Origin: Octopus sinensis
Lineage: Eukaryota
DNA length: 64,000 nucleotides
Reading direction: 5' to 3'
Assembly (NCBI RefSeq): GCF_006345805.1
Contig: NC_042997.1
Location: forward strand, 31,062,001-31,126,000
Shown: piece by piece, positions 38,366 through 50,537 of the stretch
How positions within the stretch are numbered: the first letter of the stretch is position 1
Layout: the number at the start of each line of letters is the position of its first letter
Notes under the pieces: model-generated
What the model saw: only the letters and a program-made list of their open reading frames with translations
Told to the model about the DNA's origin: nothing
Databases searched by the model: none
Position numbers and translations under genes: made by a program

Positions 38366-38810
38366 AAAGAATATATTTTGAAGAATTATAAAATCTTCTA
38401 ATAGTAGAAAAAAAAGAAAAGAAAAGGAAAATAGAATATGGAGGGGAAAAAAAGGAAAAACTAAATTGAAATTTTGAAATTCACAAATTCTATTTATCAG
38501 AACTAAAGTTTGCCTCTGGTCAATTTGACGGGCAGAGATTTCATGTCAAACTGTGTGCGCGCACTCAAGTTTTGCAGCCAACGTACAAAAGAAAGTAATG
38601 TATATAATGTAATTAATTTGCTCGCAGACAATTCTTTCTACTATTGGCACAAAACCTGAAATTCTGTGGAAGGAGGCTATTCGATTTCATCCACCCCACT
38701 ACTTGACTGGTGTTAATTCATTGACCCGAGAGGAGGAAATGCAGCATGGTCCTCGGCAGAATTGAATTTGCTCACAAATAATATACCGAAAATAATGTTG
38801 TAGTCAATAA

Positions 38811-38894
38811 TCTATAATACATTAAAAGTCAGTTTAAATCTTGCTTGGGAAATACAGAGTTTCCCGGTGACCCAACAGGTCACGGGTAGTCTAG
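38811..38894 (+). mobile_element. Miniature Helitron-like element (84 bp)
   Basis: A|TCTATAATA 5' end; hairpin GTGACC-CAACA-GGTCAC; CTAG|T 3' end. Confidence 0.6.
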
Positions 38895-38907
38895 TTATAC
38901 ATAATTA

Positions 38908-39535
38908 TAAGGTGGCGAGTTGGCAGAATCGTTAACATGCGGAGTAAAAGGCTTAGTGGCATTTCGTCCATCTTTACATTCTGAGTTCGAATTCCAGCAA
39001 GGTGGATTTTACCTTTCATCCTTTAGGAGGTCGATAAAAACAATTACCAGTTGAATACTGGAGTTGATGTAATCGACTTACCTCTGAAATTGCTGGCCTT
39101 GTACCAAAATTTGTAACTAATAGGCGTAGGAGTGGCTGTGTGGTAAGTAGCTTGCTTACCAACCACATGGTTCCGGGTTCAGTCCCACTGCGTGGCACTT
39201 TGGGCAAGTGTCTTCTACAATAGCCTCAGGCCGACCAAAGCCTTGTGAGTGGATTTGATAGACGGAAACTGAAAGAAGCCCGTCATATATATGTATACAC
39301 ATATATATATATGTGTATGTGTGTGTGTATGTTTGTGTGTCTGTGTTTGTCCCCCAACATCACTTGACCACCGATGCTGGTGTGTTTATGTCCCTGTAAC
39401 TTAGTGGTTCGGGAAAAAGAGACCGATAGCATAAGTACTGGGCTTACAAAGAATAAGTCCTGGTGTCGATTTGCTCGACTAAAGGCGGTGCTCCAGCATG
39501 GCCACAGTCAAATGACTGAAACAAGTAAAAGAGTA
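38908..39535 (+). mobile_element. Older SINE-A copy (38908-39118) followed by SINE-B (39121-39535)
   Basis: AAGGTGGCGAGTTGGCAGAATCGTTA head; then AGGCGTAGGAGTGGCTGTGTGG...AAGTAAAAGAG. Confidence 0.9.
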
Positions 39536-40814
39536 ATAATTATACGTTATATATTCCGTGTGGCCTTACCTTTGTCTCAGAAAGATGTTCTTGCGTTGAG
39601 TGATTAGTAAAAATTAGATGGAACAATGTCTACTTTGGAAACTTTTAGTTGTTCGTAACGATATCCAACGGGACCCCTGTTTACAAGAAATGTATTTCGT
39701 TATTGATAAACCCGATTTCATCCTTAAACCGGCAGATTGAACGACAAGAACAACAATAACAGCAACAACAACTACAACCACTAACACCATTCCTCACGTA
39801 CATGCTTCGTATTACTAAGTCGAGCTGATGTGTGATCTCTACGTGGTCGCTCGATCTGCTAGATATAGCAGCCAAAACTTCAAATCATAATCTATTAACT
39901 GAAAAGACAGAAAGACACAGAAATGGGAGAACGTCGTTCTAGACACTTATATATAAAATTAGATAGAATGGTCACGGCTGGAATACTTTTGATCATAGGT
40001 CTGCCCTATGAGAGGGTGTATACAACGACAAGGGTAGCAGCTATTTCTGCTGATTATATTTATTTACTCTCGTTTCGACAGTTTATTTCTGTTATTGTAA
40101 ATTGGTTTTATAGTTTGTTCGGGCATGGCGAAGGGGTTAATTATTTAGAATGAGAAGGACACAGAAGAGGAGATGGGGAGATGGAGATGGGGTGAAGGAG
40201 TAGAAAGAAGAGAAAGGAATGCGGTCCCCATAACTTTTTGAAGACTCTCCCAGATCAGTGAAATCGATGCGGTTGATGTTCAACTTTTTTGTAGGGCGAT
40301 GCCCGTAGGGAAAACTATATTTTTAGCGATAGTGCACTATCAACTTGTGATAATTATAATCAATAATTATAATTATTAGGAATATAATTATAATTAATAT
40401 AATTTGATTATGAATTTTTCCTCTGTGTCCACAGAGCCGCAGCAGAATAAACTAAATAAAATTAAATAAAAAGAGAAAAAGATTTCTTATTAAAGCTCAG
40501 TTTATACACACACAGCTTCTGAATCGAGTAGGCTAAAGATATTGGCTCAACTTATTCGCTTCAAATAACGTCAACTTTTTATCAAATCACACTGCATTGT
40601 CTTAGAAAAGAAGTTCACATTTGATAATGTGGTCTTTAGTGCACTGTGTCAGACGGCATGGTGAAGACAGAGTCATTTTGATCAAGGATCTACTCAATTA
40701 AGGCTGGTTTAAGACTAAACAACTACTTCTGAATAAAGCTAAGTGCAAATGCAAGCTACGAGATGTAATATTTATTTAAAATCTATCTGCAGAAAAAAAA
40801 CTCCACTAAATATT

Positions 40815-41653
40815 AGTTTCAATTTTTGGCACAAGGCCAGCAGTTTCAGGGGATGGGGTTAAGTCGATTACATCCACCCTAATATACTCAACTGGTACTT
40901 ATTTTATCGGCCCCGAAAGGAGCAACGGCAAAGTCAACCTTGTGGGAATTTGAACTCAGAACATGAAGATGAACGAAATCCCGCTGAGCATTTTGCCCGG
41001 CGCGCTAACGATTCTGCCAGCTCGCCGCCTTGGTATCACTAAGTTTTAGTTTCAAATTTTGGCACAAGGTCAGCAATTTCGGGAAGGGGGTAAGTCGATT
41101 ACATCGATCCTAGTACTTAATTAGTATTTATTCATCGACCCTAAAAATATGACGGAATTTGAACTCGGAACGTAAAGACAGACAGAATACCACTAATCAT
41201 TTTCCCTGGCGCGCTAATGATTCTGCCAGCTCGCCGTCTTAAGTATCACTGTATATTCTTTTCTACTCTAGGCAAAAGGCCCGAAATTTTGGGGGAGGGG
41301 CCAGTCAATTAGATCGATCCAGTACGCAACTGGTACTAAATTTATCGACTCCGAAAGGATGAAAGGCAAAGTCTATCTCGGCGGAATTTGAACTCGGAAC
41401 GTAGCGGCAGACGAAATACCTATTTCTTTACTACCCACAAAGAGCTAAGCACAGAGAAGACAAACAAGGACAGACAAACGGATTAAGTCGATTATATCGA
41501 CCCCAGTGCATAACTGGTACTTATTTAATCGACCCCGAAAGGATGAAAGGCAAAGTCGAGCTCGGCGGAATTTGAACTCAGAACGTAGCGGCAGACGAAA
41601 TACCGCTAAGCATTTCGTTCGGCGTGCTAACGATTCTGCCAGCTCACCGCCTT
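40815..41653 (-). mobile_element. Cluster of SINE-A copies, ending in a two-unit array (41257-41653)
   Basis: Three heads at ~41030, ~41240 and ~41653; internal junction AAATAGG|TATTTC at ~41420. Confidence 0.9.
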
Positions 41654-42089
41654 AAGTATCATTATATATTAGAAAGCATTTTGTCCATCTTTTTATCGAT
41701 TCTGTTATCAATTGCCTTGAAATTAGTGTATAATTAGTTGTTGCTTTAATAGTTTGCAGTGGTGAGAGCAAATTAAGTTATAGTCTCTTACACAAAGAAA
41801 GTACTTTGCTCTTAAATTTCTTCTCCATTTTGTTTTGCATTAGCTAAAAGGGAAAAAGGATAGCCCTCATTACCTTTTTCTGGGTCACCAAATGACGCTG
41901 GATTAAAGAAAAGGTTAGCTATGGAGCGGATACCTGGCCTGAATGTATATTTCACAACAATGCTACACAACAAAGTACACTCTGCTAAAGGTGCACAAGG
42001 ATCAACTAATAGAGTTAAACCGTATAACGGATGAAATTTAAATACTCAGACGATATAGTCCATTCTCATTTCGTTATACAATCATGTAA

Positions 42090-42225
42090 GGAGGAGGAGG
42101 ATGAGGAGGAGGAGGAGGAGGAGGAGGAGGAGAAGAAGAAGGAGAAGAAGAAGAAGAGAAGAAGGAGAAGAAGAAGGAGAAGAAGGAAGAAGAAGAAGAA
42201 GAAGAAGGAGAAGAAGAAGAAGAAG

Positions 42226-42255
<30 letters not shown>
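42090..42255. repeat. (GAG)n/(GAA)n microsatellite
   Basis: Read directly from the sequence. Confidence 0.96.
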
Positions 42256-42256
<1 letters not shown>

Positions 42257-42764
42257 GTTAATCTAGAAGTCAATCAATGAAAATAATAGGAATATTTAAT
42301 GAAACGTAAAATTTCGATGGTTTGATGTCATATTTTAGAAATGATAATAAAGGAGCATAAAATGGTCGTCATTCCACAATCAGTTCAATGCTTATGGAAA
42401 ACAAAACATTACCATCAGAGCTTTTATATCATTAAATATATGTATATATATGTATATATATTCCATAAGTCCAATTTACGTCCGTTTAAGCAAATCAGAA
42501 AACACACTCAATTATCCTTATTCTGAGATAATCGGTCTATCGAACTATAATTTATGGAAAGCCAATATTTCTGGTATTTGCGATTAAATAGGAAATGTTC
42601 TTTGATTATTTACTCATATGTAATATTAATTCGCGATTTTGTTTATTTACTTTTGGTGCTGATGGACAGGCAGAATCGTTACAGCATCGTCATTTGTTCC
42701 AATTCTTTGTATTCTAAGTTCAAATTCTACGAAGAACAACTTCACCTTTCATCTTTTTTTTTTC

Positions 42765-42965
42765 TGCCTTTAACCCTCCAACGCGGAGTATAGGCCACTT
42801 ATAACTGAATTCCATGACGCGTAATTTTTTGTTTCTGTACTTATACTCTGCCATGAATGTCTCCCTTTCTCTAGTTCCCTTTGTGTTGATCTACGCCTCG
42901 AGTTCTTAGGCCTACCTTTCTTTCTATATCCATCCGGGTTCCACTGTAAAGCACTTTTCGCTACA
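42765..42965 (-). mobile_element. RTE-clade LINE extreme 3' fragment
   Basis: Minus strand AKSALQWNPDGYRKKGRPKNSRRRS...W...GLYS (cf. ALxWxPxGKRxRGRPxxTWRR). Confidence 0.8.
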
Positions 42966-43292
42966 GGAATAATAAAATAAAATAGTGATCAAGCATCGGA
43001 ATTAATTAAAAAAAAACTTCCGATCTATAGATGTGTACAAAGTGGTAGCAGAGCAAAGACCAAATATCCTCCTTACTGTAGAGATCTAATAACAGAGCAA
43101 AGTAATATACATATAATGCAGCCACTTAAATATTTTTTATCGGTAACATTCTATGTATACATACATGCGCACGCACACACATCACACACACATGCACACA
43201 CACGGGTGAGTGGACAAGTGAAAGAAAAAGGCACTTCACAAATTAAGTAGGAGTTACATGTATTGTTATTTAAGCCAATTTGATTCGGCTCC

Positions 43293-43446
43293 ATTCTAAC
43301 AGAAATCCATCTCATTCAGGCCAAAGTTACCAAACGGAGAAACAGAGGGAGTCAAAGATGGCTACTGGAAGTGCAAGATTCCAGTAGCCATCTTGAATTT
43401 CTTGTGTTCCACCATTCGATAACCTAAGACGGATTTCTGTTAAAAT
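43293..43446. repeat. ~150-bp fold-back hairpin
   Basis: Perfect 16-bp inner stem AAGATGGCTACTGGAA / TTCCAGTAGCCATCTT with an 8-nt loop; outer stem TAACAGAAATCC / GGATTTCTGTTA. Confidence 0.88.
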
Positions 43447-43554
43447 CCTGCGAAACTTTAATTATACATATATATATATATATGTATAATTAAAGTTATA
43501 TATATATATATATATTATATATATATATATATATATATTCTTTTTTCTTTCTTT

Positions 43555-43953
43555 CTTTTACTTGTTTCAGTCATTTGACTGCGGCCATGCTGGAGCACCG
43601 CCTTTAGTCGAGCAACTCGACCCCGGGACTTATTCTTTTGTAAGCCCAGTACTTATTCTATCGGTCTCTTTTGCCGAACCGCTAAGTGACGGGGACGTAA
43701 ACGCACCAGCACCGGTTGTCAAGCAATGCTAGGGGGACAAACACAGACACACAAACACATACACACACACACTTATATATACATATATACGACAGGCTTC
43801 TTTCAGTTTCCGTCTACCAAATCCACTCACAAGGCATTGGTCGGCCCGGGGCTATAGCAGAAGACACTTGCCCAAGATGCCACGCAGTGGGACTGAACCT
43901 GGAACCATGTGGTTGGTTAGCAAGCTACTTACCACACAGCCACTCCTGCGCCT
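43555..43953 (-). mobile_element. SINE family B
   Basis: Full-length match to family B. Confidence 0.92.
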
Positions 43954-43980
43954 ATATAAAAGTATGTGTGTGTGTGTGTG

Positions 43981-44318
43981 TATGGCCCAGTGGTTAGGGC
44001 AGCGGACTTGCGGTCATGGGATCGTGGTTTCGATTCCCAGACCGGGTTGTGAGTGCTCTTTTGAGTGAAAACACCTAAAGCTTCACGAAGTGGTGGCGAA
44101 CGCTTCTGTACTCTTTCACCACAATTTCTCTCACTCATTCTTCCTGTTTCTGTTGTACCTGTATTTCAAGGCCAGCCCATGTCATACTGAATCTCCTCGA
44201 GAACTACGTTAAGGGTATACGTATCTGTGGAGTGCTCAGCCACTTACACGTTAATTTCACGAGTTCCGTTGATCGGATCAACTGGAATCCTCGTCATCGT
44301 AACCGACGGAGTTCCACC
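43981..44318 (+). mobile_element. SINE with family-D head and an alternative tail
   Basis: Head ATGGCCCAGTGGTTAGGGCAGCGGAC...AAAACACCTAAAGC as in 20872-21189; tail as in 30895-31060. Confidence 0.85.
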
Positions 44319-44354
44319 ATATATATATATATATGTATGTATGTATGTATATAC

Positions 44355-44386
<32 letters not shown>

Positions 44387-44392
44387 CAATAT

Positions 44393-44575
44393 ATAGTCAG
44401 TAGTTCATATACCCGAGAAAGAAGGTTGTACGTTATGACTATTCAGAGGGTGGCCATTAGTTTCGTTGTATAGGCAAAATACAGCTAAGTACCTTATAGG
44501 TGAGAAACTAATGGGCACTCTCTGAACGGCCATAACGTACAACCTTCTTTCTTGGGTATATGAACTACTGACTAT
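44393..44575. repeat. Hairpin with 72-bp arms and a 39-nt loop
   Basis: 44393-44464 is the reverse complement of 44504-44575 with 6 mismatches. Confidence 0.95.
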
Positions 44576-45063
44576 GGGGTCTAGCAGTCGTAGCGGTAAC
44601 ATCTACTTTTTTTCTCTCTGCCCTAAGGCATTTTCCTAACACGCCAGATGAATTAATGCGTCCAGTCGAAAGACGCCTGTTCGTGACGTCCTGTTATTGT
44701 TATTTTATTATTATTATTGTTTCTACGTATTATTATTATTGTTTTTACGTATTATTTCTGTATTCATATTCGTGTAACATCGTCCGTTTTTCCGTCCTTG
44801 TTTCGTATACATTCGAAGCCTTCTTCGAAGGAATCTAATGCGCCTAGCTTAGTTTTTCCTTGGGGCTGGCCAGATTGGAGCAATCTCAAGATTAATCAGC
44901 CGAAATTGCGAGGATGATCCGGTTCTTGACTGAAGATTGAAGGCTTCGAATGTGTCCCGTCCGTGTTTTTTGTATCGTCTCCTAAATGTTTTCCGTTCTT
45001 GTCCCAGTTTGTATTTTTATACATACATACATACATACATACATACATACATACATACACACA

Positions 45064-45154
<91 letters not shown>

Positions 45155-46004
45155 CGTGTAATAAATAAAATATATGCATACATACAAACATATATGTACG
45201 TACCGACATCTACATGTATATATACATGCATATATAAATATATATACGTACAGGACACCACAAAAAGACGTAAAACTCAACAGAAACGAAAACGGAAAAG
45301 CCATTTTGTTACAACAGAAAGACAGAGACGTGGAACAGGGCGAGAACGAAAACGGGAAAAACATTATTTACAACAGAAAAACAAGGTACAGGACATACTA
45401 CACAACGAAAAATCCCCTTCATCAGCTGTCGCTAGCAGACTTAGCGTGTTTCGAAGGCAAGACAGGACACGACTCATCAATACTAGGCCTATATATATAT
45501 ATAGCTTTAGTCGGCTCGAAACTACAGTAAAAGACTCTTGCTCAAGATTCCACGCAGTGGGACTGAACTCCGACATCATGTTGTTGGGAAGCAAATCTCT
45601 TACCACACAGCCACGCTAACGCCTACTGGTTCTCATATTTTTGATGTTGCTTAATTCAGAAGCTTGATGTCCAGTATTCAAAAGTGTCAAAAACTGTTAT
45701 TACCATTCGATATTACATATTTTCCTTTACTTTTTCCTGTCTTCTTTCTTTCTTTCAGATTTGTGCCTCTCTCTTAAGGAAATTGCTGTTCGATCGAAAT
45801 ACATTCATGTATACAACGATTGGATCATTGATTATGGAACCGACGTAGCTTTTGATTAGAGGTTGTCACCTCAATAAATAGACGGATATGTGCTGTGTGT
45901 AAACTAACACATTTATATGTAGATTATCCATCCAGCCTTTCATTCAACCGACCCTTTCTTCTTTCTGTCTTTCTATATGTGCGCCTACGCCAGCATATAT
46001 ATCC

Positions 46005-46195
46005 CGTGTGTGTATACGTGAGTGTGTGTATGTGTGTGTGAACGTGTGTGTGAACGTGTGTGCGTGTGTTTGTATGTGTGTGTGTGTGTGTGTGTGCTTG
46101 TGTGCGTGTTTATGTGTGTGTTTGTATGTGTGTGTGTGTGTGTGCTTGTGTGTGAATGTGTGTACGTGTTTGTGTGTATGTGTGTGTGAATGTGT

Positions 46196-46234
<39 letters not shown>

Positions 46235-46470
46235 TGTGCGTGTTTATGTGCGTGTCTGTGTGAATGTGTGTGTGAGTGTGTTTGTGTGTGTGTGTGTGTG
46301 AATGTGTGTACGCGTTTGTGTGTATGTGTGTGTGAATGTGTGTGTGTGTGTGAGTGTGTGTTTGTGTGTATGTGTGTGTGAATGTGTGTACGTGTTTGTG
46401 TGTATGTGTGTATGAATGTGTGTGTGTGTGTGTGTGCTTGTGTGTGTGTGCTTGTGTGTGTGTGTGTGAG
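46005..46470. repeat. Degenerate (TG)n microsatellite
   Basis: Read directly from the sequence. Confidence 0.95.
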
Positions 46471-47315
46471 CGTGTAAGAGTATAAGAGAAATTATTTATT
46501 CCGTCGTCGCCTGGAGATCACACGAGATATGAAACAGCGAACAGAACTGTAACACACACGAACACACAGTTACGCCCACACGCGCACCCACGCACGCACT
46601 TACACCTCTCTATATGTACACATGCATGCATGTATTTATAAACGTGTGTATATTCGCTCGCACGCACACACACACTCACACACACATGCATATATGCATG
46701 GATGCTTGTATGTATATTTATAGGAATCATACACAAACTCACATACATATATACGTCTACGTGTGTGTGTATGTATGTGTATTTGTGTGTATTTATATGT
46801 GTGTGTCTATGTAACTGTATGTGTGTGTGTGTGTGTATGTGAGTGTATGTGTGTGCATGTGTGTATGCACGTGCTTAAAGTATTCCGAATTGGTTGCAGG
46901 TTACTAACTGAAGTGGAGAACTGTTTGAAAATTCAGAAAATCAACATATATTAATATAACACTTCTATTGATGGCATACTCAATAGAATACTGTATTTTT
47001 TAAACCTTTAGATCTATAACAATATATGAAACAATATGATAACATAGGCATCATTAAGTAAATGAGTGGAAACACGATTAAAGGATTGTGGAAATCCAGA
47101 ATTATGTGGTGAAGAAAATATGTTAACTCTTCCTCTGTCCAAAGCCATTTCATAAGTTTGTCATAAACGTCCATGTTTGTTTTCATTCTTTTAATTAGGG
47201 TTAGGATTAGGGTAGCATAAAGCTTTGCTTTTATAAGTCTTGCTCTGGTGGTAGTTGAAAAAGTGTATCATATATGATATATGGATGCCAGGGAAAATAT
47301 GTTATTTGTAGCATA

Positions 47316-47704
47316 CTAGCAGTATCGCCCGGCGTTGCTCGGGTTTGTTTCGACCCTTTAGACTTGGAATTTTTGAAAAGTAAAAAATTTGCATTTTGTA
47401 GCTTGTTATTCTCTTTAAGTGAACATTCTTCTGGTTGAAATACATCGAAAAATTACGACACAGCAGTAAAAAAATTGTAAAAAATAGGGATCTTCATAGA
47501 AAAAAAGCACTTTTCTGATGTAAATAATTTTTGGTGTTAACATGGTCTGATTTGAATTTTTTCTTCTACGGAAGGAAGAACAACCCTTCTATCATACTCT
47601 CAATTTTAGTCAACTTGCGCCGCAGGGTCTCGGAGGAGATAGTGTTAGTTGAAGGCTACCAAACCTGCCATACACAGACAACTTCAGCTTTATATATATG
47701 GAGA
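47316..47704 (-). mobile_element. Non-autonomous Helitron
   Basis: Minus strand A|TCTCCATATATATAAAG ... CCCGAGCAACGCCGGGCGATACTGCTAG|T; 3' end nearly identical to that of 20149-20540. Confidence 0.85.
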
Positions 47705-48863
47705 TGTGATACATAGGACTAGTTAAGTGTTAATAAGTAATAATATTTTCATGTTCTAACCCAGTACGGGAGACATTTCCAATCATGTTTCAGTCTTATT
47801 CTGATCTTTTACTATAACTTTTACTATACTTATCGAAATGTTGCCTGAATTAATCATTAAGTAAATATAGAACAGTGTACATTTTAAGGTATAGGTGAAT
47901 ATAATCGTTGATATATTAACTAATTCAGTCATTCCAATATTAGGAATCGTGCCAAAATTAAAAATTTTCAGTCCACGCGTTTCCAAATAAACTGGATTTC
48001 CTGGTGATTATTTTATAGTTTAATGGCATATATATATCAGTCTACTGCGAGCACCTTAGCTCAGAGACGAAGTGGATTCAGCTAAGCATCAAATCATTCT
48101 TTAATCTGATAGTGCTGTCGCTACTTGCAGGAATGGTGGAACTATCTTACCCCTCAACTCTTATTTAGAGTTACTTGAACTCAATGAGTATGACTTAATT
48201 GTTTTTGCTACAGAAATAACACAATGTCAGTTACAAGATTCGAACTATTTCCATTATCATCGTGAGTTGTTACCTCGTACCCTATAAACACCACCATCTT
48301 TTTTTTCTCTCTCTCTAGAGAGCGCAGGTACCAATGAGCGAAGTTGTTCTGTATTAGTTCATTAAACAGACAGTATAACTAACTGATAACAGAGTCGAAT
48401 GCTTAATCAAGACAAAAACAAATTAAAATAAAATGAATTATTAAAACAAAACTAAAAAAAAAAAAAAATAAAAATAATAATGTAATCAATAAATAATCTA
48501 CGTGTCTTCATTTCTTTCTTTTATGTTACTGACCATAAAATGTAGAAAAATACAACACTTAACTAGTTATGCGACCGAAGACAAAATGACAACAAACCCC
48601 AAACAGCCGCGAGAGATTACTCAGATAAGCTGGAATCACATTGCTGAAAATCATCCGTAAATTTTTATTTAATCAACGAAAGCGTTCATTCAAAAAGATA
48701 TGAAATACCAGTGCTTTGCTTTTCTTTGAGAAAAACGATTCAATATTTTCCTGCAAGAGTTATATCAAGATCAAGACAAGCTGGTCAAAGCCAGTTCATT
48801 CCTAGCATAAAGTTAAACACATTGTGGATAGGCATGGATGCCAAATAAATTTTCTATCCTCGT

Positions 48864-48895
<32 letters not shown>

Positions 48896-49458
48896 AGATT
48901 TTCCATATCACCCTACCACCACACACTATTTTAATAATTCTTTTAGTCATTGGACTACTGCCATGCTGGAGCACAGCTGCTAATATCGATGTCTAACATT
49001 TTCACAATGCCATACATTCCATGTGTGTATATGATGGTGTGTGTGTGGGAGGAGGGGTGCACAGCCGATTATATCGACCATTAGATGTTGAGCGGACATT
49101 TTCTTTTTGTTTTTACTGTGTGAGCTGACACCATTAGGGATTCATATACAAAATCTGTAATTTGATTTTTAATCACGGTTCGAAATCAGTTCAGTTTATT
49201 TGAAAAAAAAAAAAAAACCAACAAAAGCATTAAAATCCTTCAAGACTTCCATTCCTGTCAACTGCAAATAGTTTGTCATACTATCCGAGAAAAACAATTC
49301 TGTACTGAGGGTAATAAGCAGAAATAGAAAATATAACATACACTTAACTATAGAAACGTTAAATTGTCCTCCATATTATACATACATACATACATACATA
49401 CATACATACATACATACATACATACATACATACATACACACACACACATATATGTATA

Positions 49459-49672
49459 TAATAGTATTTTATAAGCTTAAAGTTTATAAGCGATTACCGC
49501 GCAACGACTAAAGAAAATTGTCTAATAATGGGGCATATAAGCCCTCGACAGAAAAAAGTAACTTTTTCCGTGTGCGTGGGATTTGAGGGCTTATACACTC
49601 CATTATTAGGCAATTTTCTTTAGTCATTGCGCGGTGGTCGCTTATAAGCTTTAAGCTTATAAAATACTATTA
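49459..49672. repeat. Hairpin with 88-bp arms and a 38-nt loop
   Basis: 49459-49546 is the reverse complement of 49585-49672 with 8 mismatches, all transitions. Confidence 0.95.
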
Positions 49673-49782
49673 TTTACAGAATTGTAAAAATCGACGCTGC
49701 TTAACAAAACCATCGCAGTGAAAGCACACAGACACACACACACTTACCACTTACACATATATATGTATATAAGTATGTGTGT

Positions 49783-49940
49783 GTTTTTTCTATCCTTGTT
49801 TCTTTCTGTGTTCCTTTCTGTGGAAGGGCGTAGGCTCGAAACGTTAAAGACTTTTTCAATTCCCGAGCGTTATACTAATACATGTTTGTTTTCTACACCA
49901 CCTGTCTTCGTCTTTTGTCTTTTTCGTAAATTATCCCTAT
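49783..49940 (+). mobile_element. Short PLE-type 3' terminal repeat with hammerhead-like motif (49814-49849)
   Basis: CTTT-CTGTGGA-A-GGGC-GTAG-GCTC-GAAA-CG-TT-AAAG, followed by the CACCTGTCTTCGTCTTTTG tail shared with 21645-21700 and 17610-17650. Confidence 0.75.
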
Positions 49941-50311
49941 GTATATAAGTATATGCATATGAGGGACTCTCTCGTCGAAGACGTATGAGCGATCAACTTT
50001 TGCCAAACGACCTGCACAAATGATTTAGTTATCGTGATAAAAAAAATGTTTATGTCACAAATTCTTATGGAAAAATTCTAAATTATTAAAGTATTAGCTG
50101 ACTCCTTCCGTTAAATCGACGTTGCCTGAACTGGTGCACTGTATACCATGTGTCAGATGTCGAAGTGACTGTTAGAGCAACGTGAGATGAAGTGCTTTGC
50201 TGAAGAACACAATACACCACCCGTTCTAGGAACTGAACGGGTGGTGATCTCGCAGTCGTGAGTGCAACACGCTAACCACTAGACCATACATACTCACACA
50301 AAGAAACATAT

Positions 50312-50537
50312 CCTTTTTTTATTGCCCATAAGGGGGCTAAACATACAGGGGACAAATAAGGACAGACAAAGGGATTTAGTCGATTACATCGACCCCAGTG
50401 CGTAACTGGTACTTATTTAATCGACCCCGAAAGGATGAAAGGCAAAGTCGACCTCGGCGGAATTTGAACTCAAAACGTAACGGAAGACGAAATACAGCCA
50501 CGCATTTCGCCCTGCGTGCTAACGATTCTGCCAGCTC
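50312..50537 (-). mobile_element. SINE family A
   Basis: Near full-length match to family A. Confidence 0.9.
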
